A stretch of DNA of 64,000 nucleotides, taken from positions 94,715,630-94,779,629 of the forward strand of contig NC_086376.1 of the NCBI RefSeq assembly GCF_036588685.1, written 5' to 3'. The position numbers and the translations under genes were made by a program. Of the stretch, positions 29,113 through 39,686 are shown piece after piece (the stretch's first letter is position 1; each line of letters opens with the position of its first letter). The notes under the pieces are model-generated. The model saw only the letters and a program-made list of their open reading frames with translations, searched no databases and had not been told where the DNA came from. The DNA comes from Mytilus trossulus (taxonomy: Eukaryota).

Positions 29113-31571
29113 AAGAGGGACGAAAGACACCAAAGGGACAGTCAAACTCGTAAATCTAAAACAAACTGACAACGCCAAGGCTAAAAACGAAAAAGACAAA
29201 CAGAAAAACAATAGTACACATGACACAACATAGAAAACTAAAGAATAAACAACACGAACCCCACCAAAAACTAGGGGTGATCTCAGGTGCTCCGGAAGGG
29301 TAAGCAGATCCTGCTCCACATGCGGCACCCGTCGTGTTGCTTATGTGAATACAAATCCGGTAAATAGTCTAATTCGGTAGGTCAAATTCATGAAAGGGAA
29401 GGGGATTGTAGTTACGACGTAAGGAACATATCCGATATAATTTGTGAAACGGTTATTCCATAACGGTCAACCAACTCGTGATGGCGTCCGTAAAATTTAC
29501 GAAGGGATGATTTCAACTTCACCATTTGGAACTCTTGGTTTAATAGCTTCCTTGTGAGCAGTAACCCTCTATCAAGAAAATCATGATAGGAAATGCAAGC
29601 ACGGGAATATCGTATCAATTGGGAGATATATACCCCGTATGCAGGTGCTGCTGGAATGTTGCTACTTAGAAATGGAAAGTTCACAATTGGAAAGCTGAAA
29701 TCATATCTTTTGTCGTAAAGTTTAGTCTTCAACCGACCCTCATTGTCAATTTCTAGATGTAAGTCAAGATATGAAGCCGACTTAACTGTATCTGTAGTAT
29801 CCTTTATCTCCAATTCGATGGGATAGATGCGATCCACATAGTCACCAAATTTTGAATTGTTTAGTGAAAGAACGTCATCTATATAGCGGAAAGTAGAGTT
29901 AAAGGATATTGCTAACTTCTTATCTTTCTTCCTAAGAAGTTCCTGCATGAAGTCAGCCTCATAATAATAAAGAAACAAGTCAGCAAGTAGAGGGGCACAG
30001 TTTGTTCCCATTGGGATGCCGACAGTCTGTTGAAAAACACGTCCTCCGAACGTAACAAATATGTTGTCAATCAAGAAATCAAGCATCTTGATAATATCGG
30101 TTTCAGAGAATTTTTTGTTTGAATCAGAATGGTTCTTTACAAAGTATGATTTATCCCTCCCTAAGACAAGATACTTGTATCTACGTTGGCCATTCTTTTT
30201 TATGAAGCAAAGTAATACCAACTCTTTTAATTTGTCTTTTAGTTTGGAATGTGGAATACTTGTGAAAAGAGTAGAAAAGTCAAATGTTTTAATACTGTTA
30301 CAAGATGAAAGAGAGTTAGATTGTATGTACTCTAAAAGATCTTTGGAATTTTTAAGTATCCACATCTGATTCACGCCACCTCTAGAATAGGCAGTTTCAC
30401 AATAACTTTGAAGCCCGTCTTTGATTGCTGATAAAATGGATGTTAATAATTTAGAAAGGGGTTTCGTGGAGCACTTGGAAGACCCAGTAATATACCGTTG
30501 TTTGTAAGGACACTTATGTAGTTTAGGTATCCAATACAGTGATGGAAGATCCAGTTCTTCATCTTTGGTTGAAATACCAAAGGAACAAAGAACAGACCTA
30601 TGATTATCCAGGATTTCCTCTTTGGTAAGTGTAGTGAGGGTATATGTTGTTTCCAAGTGAATTGTCTATACCTAATTCGTTTATCAAGCAATTAATGTAA
30701 TGACTTTTACAGATAAAAACGATGTTATTTGGGGCTTTGTCTGCGGGGACAACAACATATTCATCATGGAGGTCAGATAGGTGTTTAGTAACGTTTGGAT
30801 CTTTGAAGATTGACGTAGCATGGGCATTGATGGACCCATTCAGTTTCTTAATTCTGATTTGTATTAACGACCTCACTGCCTTAATCCATTCGGATAGAGT
30901 GTCTACGTCTTCCTTCTCGCGCTTAGCCCATTGCCTGGCATAATCCTCGACTGAATCCATCAAAATTTTAAAGTTGTGTTTTCCAATTGATGGATTTAGG
31001 CTCACGATATTTCGGACCTTTCGATAACACGTTTCGTAGAGAAGTGTTATTAACAATGTTTAGGTCGCCGGTAATAACGTGGCCAGCAGGATTGTGAATT
31101 GGGAAATAGCACAAGTGCAATCAGGAGGTTTAGACTTGAAGTCGTCAATATCGAGATCCTGAAAAACGCGTTTGTAATTGAAAATTTTAGTTGCAATAGG
31201 TTTGGTATAGGTATAAGAAATTATTGGTACAGACTGGTCTTTGAAATAAGGAGGTATTTTCGATTGAACTAATTTATGATGAAGGATATTGCCTAGATTG
31301 ACGCCATCGAGACCTTTGTTGGCAAAGGAAAGATTTAGAAAAGATCTTTTCTCTTTTTCATCTTTTCCAATGCGAACTGGCTTGAAAAGTCTGTGACTAG
31401 CAATATCCGAAATTATAGCTTGTAGTTTGTATTGGTTTGAATGAGGGTTTGTTACAGTGGATTCCAAACATAAATTGAACAGAGAATGAAGTTTTGAAAG
31501 GGGTAATGAATACAGTTTCGTGCGAATGTGATGAATACCTAACGGTTTTTGTATGCATGGCAGTAAGTGTA
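29113..31571 (-). mobile_element. 5'-truncated Penelope-like retroelement (Naiad/Chlamys-type) inserted in a 28-bp satellite
   Basis: Frameshift-split ORF (31397-31597, 31060-31467, 30604-31056, 29412-30656) with [24 protein letters not shown] and LYWIPKLHK motifs. No C-terminal endonuclease. ~300-nt 3' UTR ends in cctcttt. Apparent TSD AATGTAA at 29106-29112 and 31572-31578. Confidence 0.9.
29412..30656 (-). CDS. Reverse transcriptase domain of the Penelope-like element (disrupted upstream by frameshifts)
   Basis: RT motifs FDFSTLFTSIP, QTVGIPMGTNCAPLLADLFL, FRYIDD, ASYLDL, then KLYDKR..FPIVNFP thumb region. Confidence 0.92.
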   Translation of the reverse strand: METTYTLTTLTKEEILDNHRSVLCSFGISTKDEELDLPSLYWIPKLHKCPYKQRYITGSSKCSTKPLSKLLTSILSAIKDGLQSYCETAYSRGGVNQMWILKNSKDLLEYIQSNSLSSCNSIKTFDFSTLFTSIPHSKLKDKLKELVLLCFIKKNGQRRYKYLVLGRDKSYFVKNHSDSNKKFSETDIIKMLDFLIDNIFVTFGGRVFQQTVGIPMGTNCAPLLADLFLYYYEADFMQELLRKKDKKLAISFNSTFRYIDDVLSLNNSKFGDYVDRIYPIELEIKDTTDTVKSASYLDLHLEIDNEGRLKTKLYDKRYDFSFPIVNFPFLSSNIPAAPAYGVYISQLIRYSRACISYHDFLDRGLLLTRKLLNQEFQMVKLKSSLRKFYGRHHELVDRYGITVSQIISDMFLTS

Positions 31572-33266
31572 AATGTAAGTTTTGAACATACTAACAACTA
31601 GTTAAAGTTTTGAACATACTAACAACTAATGTAAGTTTTGTACATACTAACAACTAATATAAGTTTTGAACATACTAACAACTAATGTAAGTTTTGAACA
31701 TACTAACAACTGATATAAGTATTGAACATACTAACAACTAGTGTAAGTTTTGAACATACTAACAACTAGTGTAAGTTTTGAACATACTAACAACTAGTGT
31801 AAGTTTTGAACATACTAACAACTAGTGTAAGTTTTGAACATACTAACAACTAATGTAAGTTTTGAACATACTAACAACTAGTGTAAGTTTTGAACATACT
31901 AACAACTAATGTAAGTTTTGAACATACTAACAACTAATGTAAGTTTTGAACATACTAACAACTGATATAAGTTTTGAACATACTAACAACTAATGTAAGT
32001 TTTTAACATACTAACAACTAGTGTAAGTTTTGAACATACTAACAACTAATGTAAGTTTTTAACATACTAACAACTAGTGTAAGTTTTGAACATACTAACA
32101 ACTAATGTAAGTTTTGAACATACTAACAACTAATGTAAGTTTTGAACATACTAACAACTAATGTAAGTTTTGAACATACTAACAACTAATGTAAGTTTTG
32201 AACATACTAACAACTAATGTAAGTTTTGAACATACTAACAACTAATGTAAGTTTTGAACATACTAACAACTAGTGTAAGTTTTGAACATACTAACAACTA
32301 GTGTAAGTTTTGAACATACTAACAACTAGTGTAAGTTTTGAACATACTAACAACTAGTGTAAGTTTTGAACATACTAACAACTAGTGTAAGTTTTGAACA
32401 TACCAACAACTAATGTAAGTTTTGAACATACCAACAACTAGTGTAAGTTTTGAACATACTAACAACTAATGTAAGTTTTGAACATACTAACAACTAATGT
32501 AAGTTTTGAACATACTAACAACTAATGTAAGTTTTGAACATACTAACAACTAGTGTAAGTTTTAAACATACCAACAACTAATGTAAGTTTTGAACATACC
32601 AACAACTAGTGTAAGTTTTGAACATACTAACAACTAATGTAAGTTTTGAACATACTAACAACTAATGTAAGTTTTGAACATACTAACAACTAATGTAAGT
32701 TTTGAACATACTAACAACTAATGTAAGTTTTGAACATACTAACAACTAATGAAAGTTTTGAACATACTAACAACTGATATAAGTTTTGAACATACTAACA
32801 ACTAGTGTAAGTTTTGTACATACTAACAACCAATGTAAGTTTTTAACTACCTTGACTGGCTATACAGCCCTTGCACGGTCGGCTTATCGAGTTCATCTTA
32901 CTGTACCGTATGTTTTATTCATATTTAAAGGCTGGGTTTTCAGTGACCTGTGGTTTGTTAACATTTTTCTTTTGTCCTTAAGTGTTAATTATCACTGGTA
33001 ATCATATATTCGATTATTTTAGATCGCAATCAATAAACTGAGCATTCATATTAGAGGAATTATGCAACATGACAATTACCACGCAATGCCAATGGGTAAA
33101 ATCCCTAATTGTGTTTAATTTCTTAAATAAAATTAAGGTTGCTCTTAGTTATTTCCATATTTATCACAATATTCAAGATTAAATACAAAGTTCAATTCTC
33201 AAACACAACGAGACAGCAGAATGGGTTTAACATGAAACAGGTTCGGACCTCCAACATACGTATATA

Positions 33267-33913
33267 TTACATCTATAGATTGACAATGAGGGTCGGGTGA
33301 AAACAATACTTTAAGACAAAAGAGATGATTTTAGCTTTCCAATTGTGAACTTTCAATTTCTAAGTAGCAACATTCCAGCACCTGCATACGGTGTATATAT
33401 CTCCAAATTGACACGATATTCCCGTGCTTGCATTTCCTATCATGATTTTCTTGATAGAGGAGTGCTGCTCACAAGGAAGCTATAAAACCAAGACTTCCAA
33501 ATGATAAAGTAGAAATCATTCCTTTGTATATTTAGGACGCCATCACGAGTTTGTTGACCGTTATAGAATAACCGTTTCACAAATGATATCGGATATGTTC
33601 CTCACTACGTAACTACTATCTTCTTTCTTTCATGAATGTGACCTACCGAATTAGACTATTTCCCGGATTTGGTATAACATAAGCTAAACGACGGGTGCCA
33701 CATGTGGAGCAGGATCTGCTTACCCTTCCGGAGCACTTGAGATCACCCCTAGTTTTTGGTGGGGTTCGTGTTGCTTTTTCTTTAGTTTTCTATGTTGTGT
33801 CATGTGTTTTATTGTTTGTCTGTTTGTCTTCTTTCATTTTTAGCCATGGCGTTGTCAGTTTATTTTCGATCTTTGAGTTTGACTGTCCCTCTGGTATCTT
33901 TTATCCCTCTTTT
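33267..33913 (+). mobile_element. 3' fragment of the same PLE family, inverted relative to 29113-31571
   Basis: Reverse-complement match to about 29113-29762 (RT thumb plus 3' UTR), with substitutions and small indels. Confidence 0.9.
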
Positions 33914-34477
33914 ATTTAGAGTCTTGATTTCATGTTTTGATTTCATACAGTCCCTCGTATAAACAATGAAATATTTCCACGACTCCAGGTGTAGGATTTT
34001 TCGCTGCGTTGAAGACCCGTTAGTAGCCTTTTCTGTTTCGGCCCTTTATTGTCGTCTCTTTGAAATGTTTCCCGTTTTAATTCTTAAATCTATTCTATTT
34101 TGATTGGAATGTGATAATTTTCCTCACTAAATGAAAAGCTTAACAAACTAATTTGGAAGAAAGTACCGATTCACGTCATTAGTATGTAATCCAAAATTGA
34201 CTCACAGTTAAAGTTGAAATATATACAAGTAATTATACAAGGATGTACTTAGGTGAGAGTTTTTGAAATTAAAAAGAATCAAGAGGTTAAATATGATACT
34301 GTTAGTCAAAAGAGCAGGGAGAAAAAAAGGCTAAAAATATTGATAGGTCATGGTGCTCCTTATCCTGATATACGAATTTTTTTATAATTTGGCGGGAAAA
34401 AGCCGACTGAGACTTTTACATTATATTTGCATTGGTATGATTTGGGTCTCAAATCAAAAGAAAAAAAATCTGCTTAA

Positions 34478-35057
34478 AGGAGTAGGTCCGGTAAGGACCG
34501 ATTTTGGCCTCAAATTTCAGTTTCATCGGACGAAAGATTTTGACCAATTTTTAAACACTTAAGTGTCTATTTCATATGTTTCGATTAGTTTATGTGAAAG
34601 ATTTTAACTTATTTCGTCATTAAAAACGACCCGAGTCAAGCTCAAATATGAAAAATCTACCAAATATGCGAAAAAATGTAACTTTTCAGATGGTTTTTGT
34701 CCAAAACGAAAGTGGCCGCATCCGTGTTCATCCTCAACCTTTATATATGTTATGTATTATCATCAAATACAACTTCCATTTCAATATTTTGGATGAACAC
34801 GGATGCGGCCACTTTCGTTTTACACGGAAACCGTCTAAAATTTAGGTAAAATGCTGGAATTGTTAAGATTTCAGTAATTTAGCATGACTTTATGGTGCAA
34901 GTACCCAATATATGTGCATTGTATTGTCAAAAACAGACCATATTTATGTAGCAGAACCATTTTACTATCCAATAAATAACTAAAAGTTTACATTTTAACA
35001 ATTTTGTAAAACTGCCATATTTTGGGGCCAAAAAAGGGTCTTACCGGATCTTCTCCT
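34478..35057. mobile_element. TIR MITE (Kolobok-like) nested inside a copy of the 2633-2997 family
   Basis: TIR aggagtaggtccggtaag / cttaccggatcttctcct after TTAA. Internal perfect 31-bp inverted repeat at 34703-34733 / 34791-34821. The flanks rejoin to give the 2633-2997 sequence. Confidence 0.8.
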
Positions 35058-35289
35058 TTTGACAAATGGCCCTTAATGAGGTATTTAGTCTTATATGAAA
35101 TGATGAAAAAATTGGTGTTATGGTGCAGATTATTTTACATTTTATTGCATGGGAAAAAACAAGGAGTTCGAACATTTGACACAAATTCTTAAGACGACAA
35201 AGAACGTCATTACCTAATATCTATACTTTAGAACCATCACGTAATATGTGTGAAGCTGTTTTGATTTGTTTTATCAAAAAGGTCCTGAT

Positions 35290-35830
35290 ATCTTCCAATG
35301 AAGCAGGACGAGTCGTGGATTGGCATAACCGTGGCTCTTCAAATTTCTGCTTGAAACTGGTGACGTTTTATACAGTCTGAATACTAGCTGCAAGCTCTTG
35401 AATATAGAATTAAATGTCAAATGTATATCATATACAAATGTATACAGGTTAAGTTAGTGTGTTGCTGCTCAGATGTGGAAAATATTATTATAAAAATTAA
35501 AATCGTCTCGCTTGTCATAGATTCTTGTATTGAGATGAAAACTGAGGCGGAAGAAGTCGTGTCTGCTGTATCTAAAAACTCTAGTTTTTGGGGATATATT
35601 AATGGAAAGAACAGCATAGATATATCTATATCTGAAAGTGAAATTAAGTGATGGGGTTTCTTTGATTTCTTGTTTTTGACAAGTGTCTTGAAGGAAGAAC
35701 TCCCACTCATATGAAAATAGGAAGAGGTCCTCAACGAGAAGCGCATATATAGTTCGTTTCTATTGGAACGCTGATAACTCTTTGACAAACTTAACAACCC
35801 TGTAATCAATGGGAAACCACAGCATACCGA
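35290..35830 (-). pseudogene. Old degraded PLE RT fragment of a different subfamily
   Basis: Broken frames give DLFLFSYE, IYPQKLEFLDTADTTSSAS and YDKRDDFNF, collinear with the intact RT at 29412-30656. Confidence 0.75.
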
Positions 35831-37107
35831 CCACTTGTTCTTTTATGGAGCATGTTTTCTCATTCTTCACTGTTAACAAAATACATAAACATCACAGAAC
35901 AAACGAATATATTGATATCTATAAATACAAGTCCGCAAAAACATGCTGCTAGTGAAGTGAGACTCAGACAAAAAGTAGACAGGACAATGTTTGATCACGT
36001 TCATTTCATATAAATCTAAAATGAAATTCAAGTGATCATTTTCAAGTCAGATTCACCTAAAACTGGCTTAAACATGAAACATGGAATGACTAAAGGTTTA
36101 CAACACTTTTTGTCACTACGGAGGAAATGAGGACTGATTTTTGACTTTCTGACATATCATGTTTAGTGGAGATTTTTTAGTTTTGAGGTTCGACCAAAAA
36201 CATAAACATCCATTTTATTACTGTGTGCAATTGATAAATTGATAAAAATCGTTTCCACCGATGATGATTGCTCACTTTTTCTATTACTTCAAAACTTCAA
36301 ATAAATATTGTTTATACGTTATTAATTATTTTCATGTACACTAACGAGGACAAAACAGGGTTTCTTATTATTATGTTGACTTTTTCAATACAATCAAAAT
36401 AATGATAAAACAAAATTCATTTCAAGCAGTGTAATTTTGAAAAGTCAAGGTATAATGAATGACATCAATTCCAGTGTGCATGACAAGTTTTACCGGGACA
36501 ATTTAATCAGCTATGCTCGAGATTTATTGATTTCCTAAACATTGAAGCATCAATAGTTCTTACAGATAAAATGTTCACATCTGGTCTATCTCGAAGCCAG
36601 ATTATAATAAACAAGGAATTATGTAACGTGATTTAACTTTGTCCTCTTTTATTTAATTAAAGTGGATGTAACGAATTGAGCAACAATACGGCCTTGAACA
36701 ATGACATAAGCACTGTATCTTAAAGTCTACCATAAATGGCCTCGATATGAAAAATATGAAACAATTTAATGAGAAAACAAATCTATTAAAAAACCATTTT
36801 ACGAAATACAAATATGACAGACATAAACAAGTGACAACTACTGAATTACAGGATTCTAACTTGAGACAGGCACATGTATAATATGTCGGGTTAAATAATA
36901 CTCTCTTGTCCTTGAACAGTGGTGTAATGGCACAGTATAAGGACAAAATATAAACAGCAACTCAAAGAGGCTTAATCATCAGATCGAAACATGTATATCC
37001 GATTAAGATATATAAACACTGATCAAATAATTTGATTTGAAGGTTACATGTATATTGTTCAATCTAAAATTCAGCATTAAGGCAATTTAAACAAAGATTA
37101 CTACATT

Positions 37108-37198
37108 GGTTAGAGGTATAGGGGGAGGGTTGAGGTCTCACAAACATGTTTAACCCCGCCGCATTTTTGCGCCTGTCCCAAGTCAGGAGCCTCTGGCC
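37108..37198 (+). ncRNA. Putative P5-type twister ribozyme heading a ~315-bp dispersed repeat (37101-37420)
   Basis: P5 GGUUAGAGGU(37108-17)/GCCUCUGGCC(37189-98). P2 GGGG(37121-24)/CCCC(37154-57). GA-GGG(37125-29) pairs with loop CCC(37177-79). UAA at 37151-53. GC(37158-59) pairs with GU(37182-83). P3 CGCA/UGCG. P4 CCUG-UCCCAAGU-CAGG-A. Confidence 0.8.
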
Positions 37199-39283
37199 TT
37201 TGTTAGTCTTGTATTATTTTCTTATGTACAATTTGGAAATTAGTATGGCGTTCATTATCACTGAACTAGTATATATTTGTTTAGGGGCCAGCTGAAGGAC
37301 GCCTCCGGGTGCGGGAATTTCTCGCTACATTGAAGACCTGTTGGTGACCTTCTACTGTTGTTTTTTATTTGGTCGGGTTGTTGTCTCTTTGACACATTCC
37401 CCATTTCCATTCTCAATTTTAATTATATTTTGAGACTTAATTTGCTTATTCAAAAACTGTCCTTGATTCAATCACACGATACCGTTGTGGTTATGAGATT
37501 CTCTAATCACTTGATGTCTTTATTTTACACAAAAAAGCAATTCCTATAAAATTCGGTAGGACCAATTCGTTTATAAATGATTGAATATATTCATTGGTAA
37601 ATTAGTCTCACAATTCATGTGGGTATTGAACAAATGTTATTTTGTATTTCCTTTCATTGGCAGTGAGAGTCTTGTAATAACATGATCTTTGAAATATTTA
37701 AGGTGATTTAAATATCGATGACTACAATTATCAATGACAATAAAGTAAGTTATAAAAAATAAATGAAACTACAAGTCTTTGATAATTTTGCATTCACTCA
37801 TCCTAGTTCAATTAGAATAACACAAATAACAAAAAAGACAATGGTATCACAAGCATACACTCAAATTACGAAAATGTTCAATTCTATAAATGCTTAATAA
37901 GATTTCAGATAAATAAAATTCACTTGGAATAAAATTTTCTATAACAGTTACATTGATTGCTAATCTGTTCGATGTCACAAGTATAGAATTTGATTGATAA
38001 GCAGAGTAGATTCATAGTGTTCCAACAACAAATGTGCCGTACCCTACTTTTACTGTGTTCAAAGATGAGCTGTATATGATAACATTTAAATGACAGACAA
38101 ACAGACAAACAATAATACTCCTTCAGCTGACCTTAGATATAAAATGTGCACGGAAAATTAAAAAAAATAATCGACAACTCAATTTTCTTATCTATAATAA
38201 ACAACAAAACTCTTTACGCGAAAAAGTATTTCAATTATCGGAAAGTAATCAAGCTGTCCAAACTGTTGAATTAACCTGATTAATTAAGTATGTTATGTCT
38301 TACATAAAATAACCTAAGCGGAAGACACACTGTGTTATTATGTAATTGATGTCACCATTCTGTCTTTAATACCAACAAATGTCGTTAAGGAATTGATGAC
38401 TTGATTATTTTAGGAACATAATGCTCTATAGTACTACATTTTGCCTACACGAGCCAGTGCTGGTAGTTTTCGCAAACTAATGTCACCTCAACAAATACCT
38501 ACGATTTCCTTTAGTAAACTCAATTTGACATTAAGCAAACAAAAATATAAATACCATAACATTCAATTACTATGTATTTTAAATACTTGTACATCTTACG
38601 ATATCGATACAAAACGATTTCCATTTATGAATTAGTGTATGGTTCTCTTAATTCTGTGTTCAAATAATATGTTTAGGGAAATATATTTGTTAAAATATTT
38701 GATTTACCTTGATTTTAATATTTCGAAGTATGTGGTTTATCTTTTTCCTAAAATATGTGGAAAAGTTAGTGGTTTATCTTACTCCTAAATTATGCGTAAA
38801 AGTGAATGATTATGCTTGATCCTAAAGTATGAATTAAGTGTATGGATTATCTTGATCCAAAATTATGTGTAAAAGCGTATGGTTTATCTTGATTCTAAAT
38901 TATTAAAAGGATAATGTTTATCTTGATCTTTGATATCCCAATCACGCTTGGACAAAGAACCCCCTTAAACCTCAGAAATTATTAAAAAAAATGTGAAAGT
39001 CATAGTATGATCGTGGTGGTCGTAATTAGGGCGAGCTGATGTCGTTATGATGCAGAGATCAAAGACCAACTTTGAACATGATCAAAACATTCGTAATGTT
39101 TGCCGTCTTTAATACGACTTTACGTTCTATACGCAAAAATTTCAAAACGACTTTCTGTTGATATGAAAACGGCGGATGCACTAACATCTACTTGTTGTTA
39201 AATAATGGACATACATAGCAAACCTACTTCTGCAATCTTCAATCCAACTGCTGTGTATCGAATTGGCTGATCAGGGTAATTTT

Positions 39284-39445
39284 TTGAACAGAGTAAATCC
39301 TCGAATTACCAGAATAGACACACGATTCAGAAAGGTACTAGATCCTAGTCGTCTGAAAGTTGGTGTTACCTATGGGCATTTAGGTTCTGCCAATGAGTAT
39401 CCAACCATTGAGTACGATTTCAGCGTCACACGCTAAACTATACTC
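39284..39445 (+). pseudogene. Degraded PIF/Harbinger transposase fragment (HTH region)
   Basis: LNRVNPRITRIDTRFRKVLDPSRLKVGVTYGHLGSANEYPTIEYDFSVTR*TI resembles the Harbinger/HARBI1-type pattern VGPRITKQDTxFRKAL..GLKLAVTLRHLATG.SY..L.Y.F.V (recalled). Confidence 0.7.
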
Positions 39446-39603
39446 TTAGTACTGTGGTTTGCTAGACAATTATACAGGAATATAAAGATGAAAAATATCT
39501 TTTTCAACAGAAACAAAAGAATTACGAACTATTCCCGAATATTTATGGAGACGATGGAACGTGCAACAAGTTTGTCGCGAACTGAATTGACAGGGAATCT
39601 TGT

Positions 39604-39686
39604 TTCGTAATTATGTATACGTGTTTAAAGTTCGTAATTATGTATACGTGTTTAAAGTTCGTAATTATGTATACGTGTTTAAAGTT
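39604..39686. repeat. 27-bp tandem repeat x3
   Basis: ttcgtaattatgtatacgtgtttaaag at 39604, 39631 and 39658. Confidence 0.95.

Larger units (their letters stand above)
29002..32848. repeat. 28-bp minisatellite (gttttgaacatactaacaactaatgtaa) split by the PLE
   Basis: About 4 units at 29002-29112 and about 45 units at 31572-32848. Variants are mainly aatg/agtg/gata and tact/tacc. Confidence 0.97.

Noticed and set aside
29104-29328. 74-aa ORF MPHVEQDLL... (also 33695-33919)
   Set aside because: It is the PLE 3' UTR, and the two copies diverge by frameshift.
29245-29343. HDV-like ribozyme in the PLE 3' UTR
   Set aside because: A P1 with a G-U first pair and a P4-like hairpin are present, but I could not build P2 and P1.1 in the nested double-pseudoknot order. 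Kept only as an unclassified structure.
29113-31571. Selenoprotein/SECIS feature reported for some Naiad elements
   Set aside because: No in-frame TGA was seen in the RT frame, and I could not support a SECIS by eye.
29002-32848. CRISPR-like array next to an RT (28-bp repeats)
   Set aside because: Units are head-to-tail with no spacers. There are no cas genes, the context is eukaryotic, and the RT is Penelope-like and inserted into the array.
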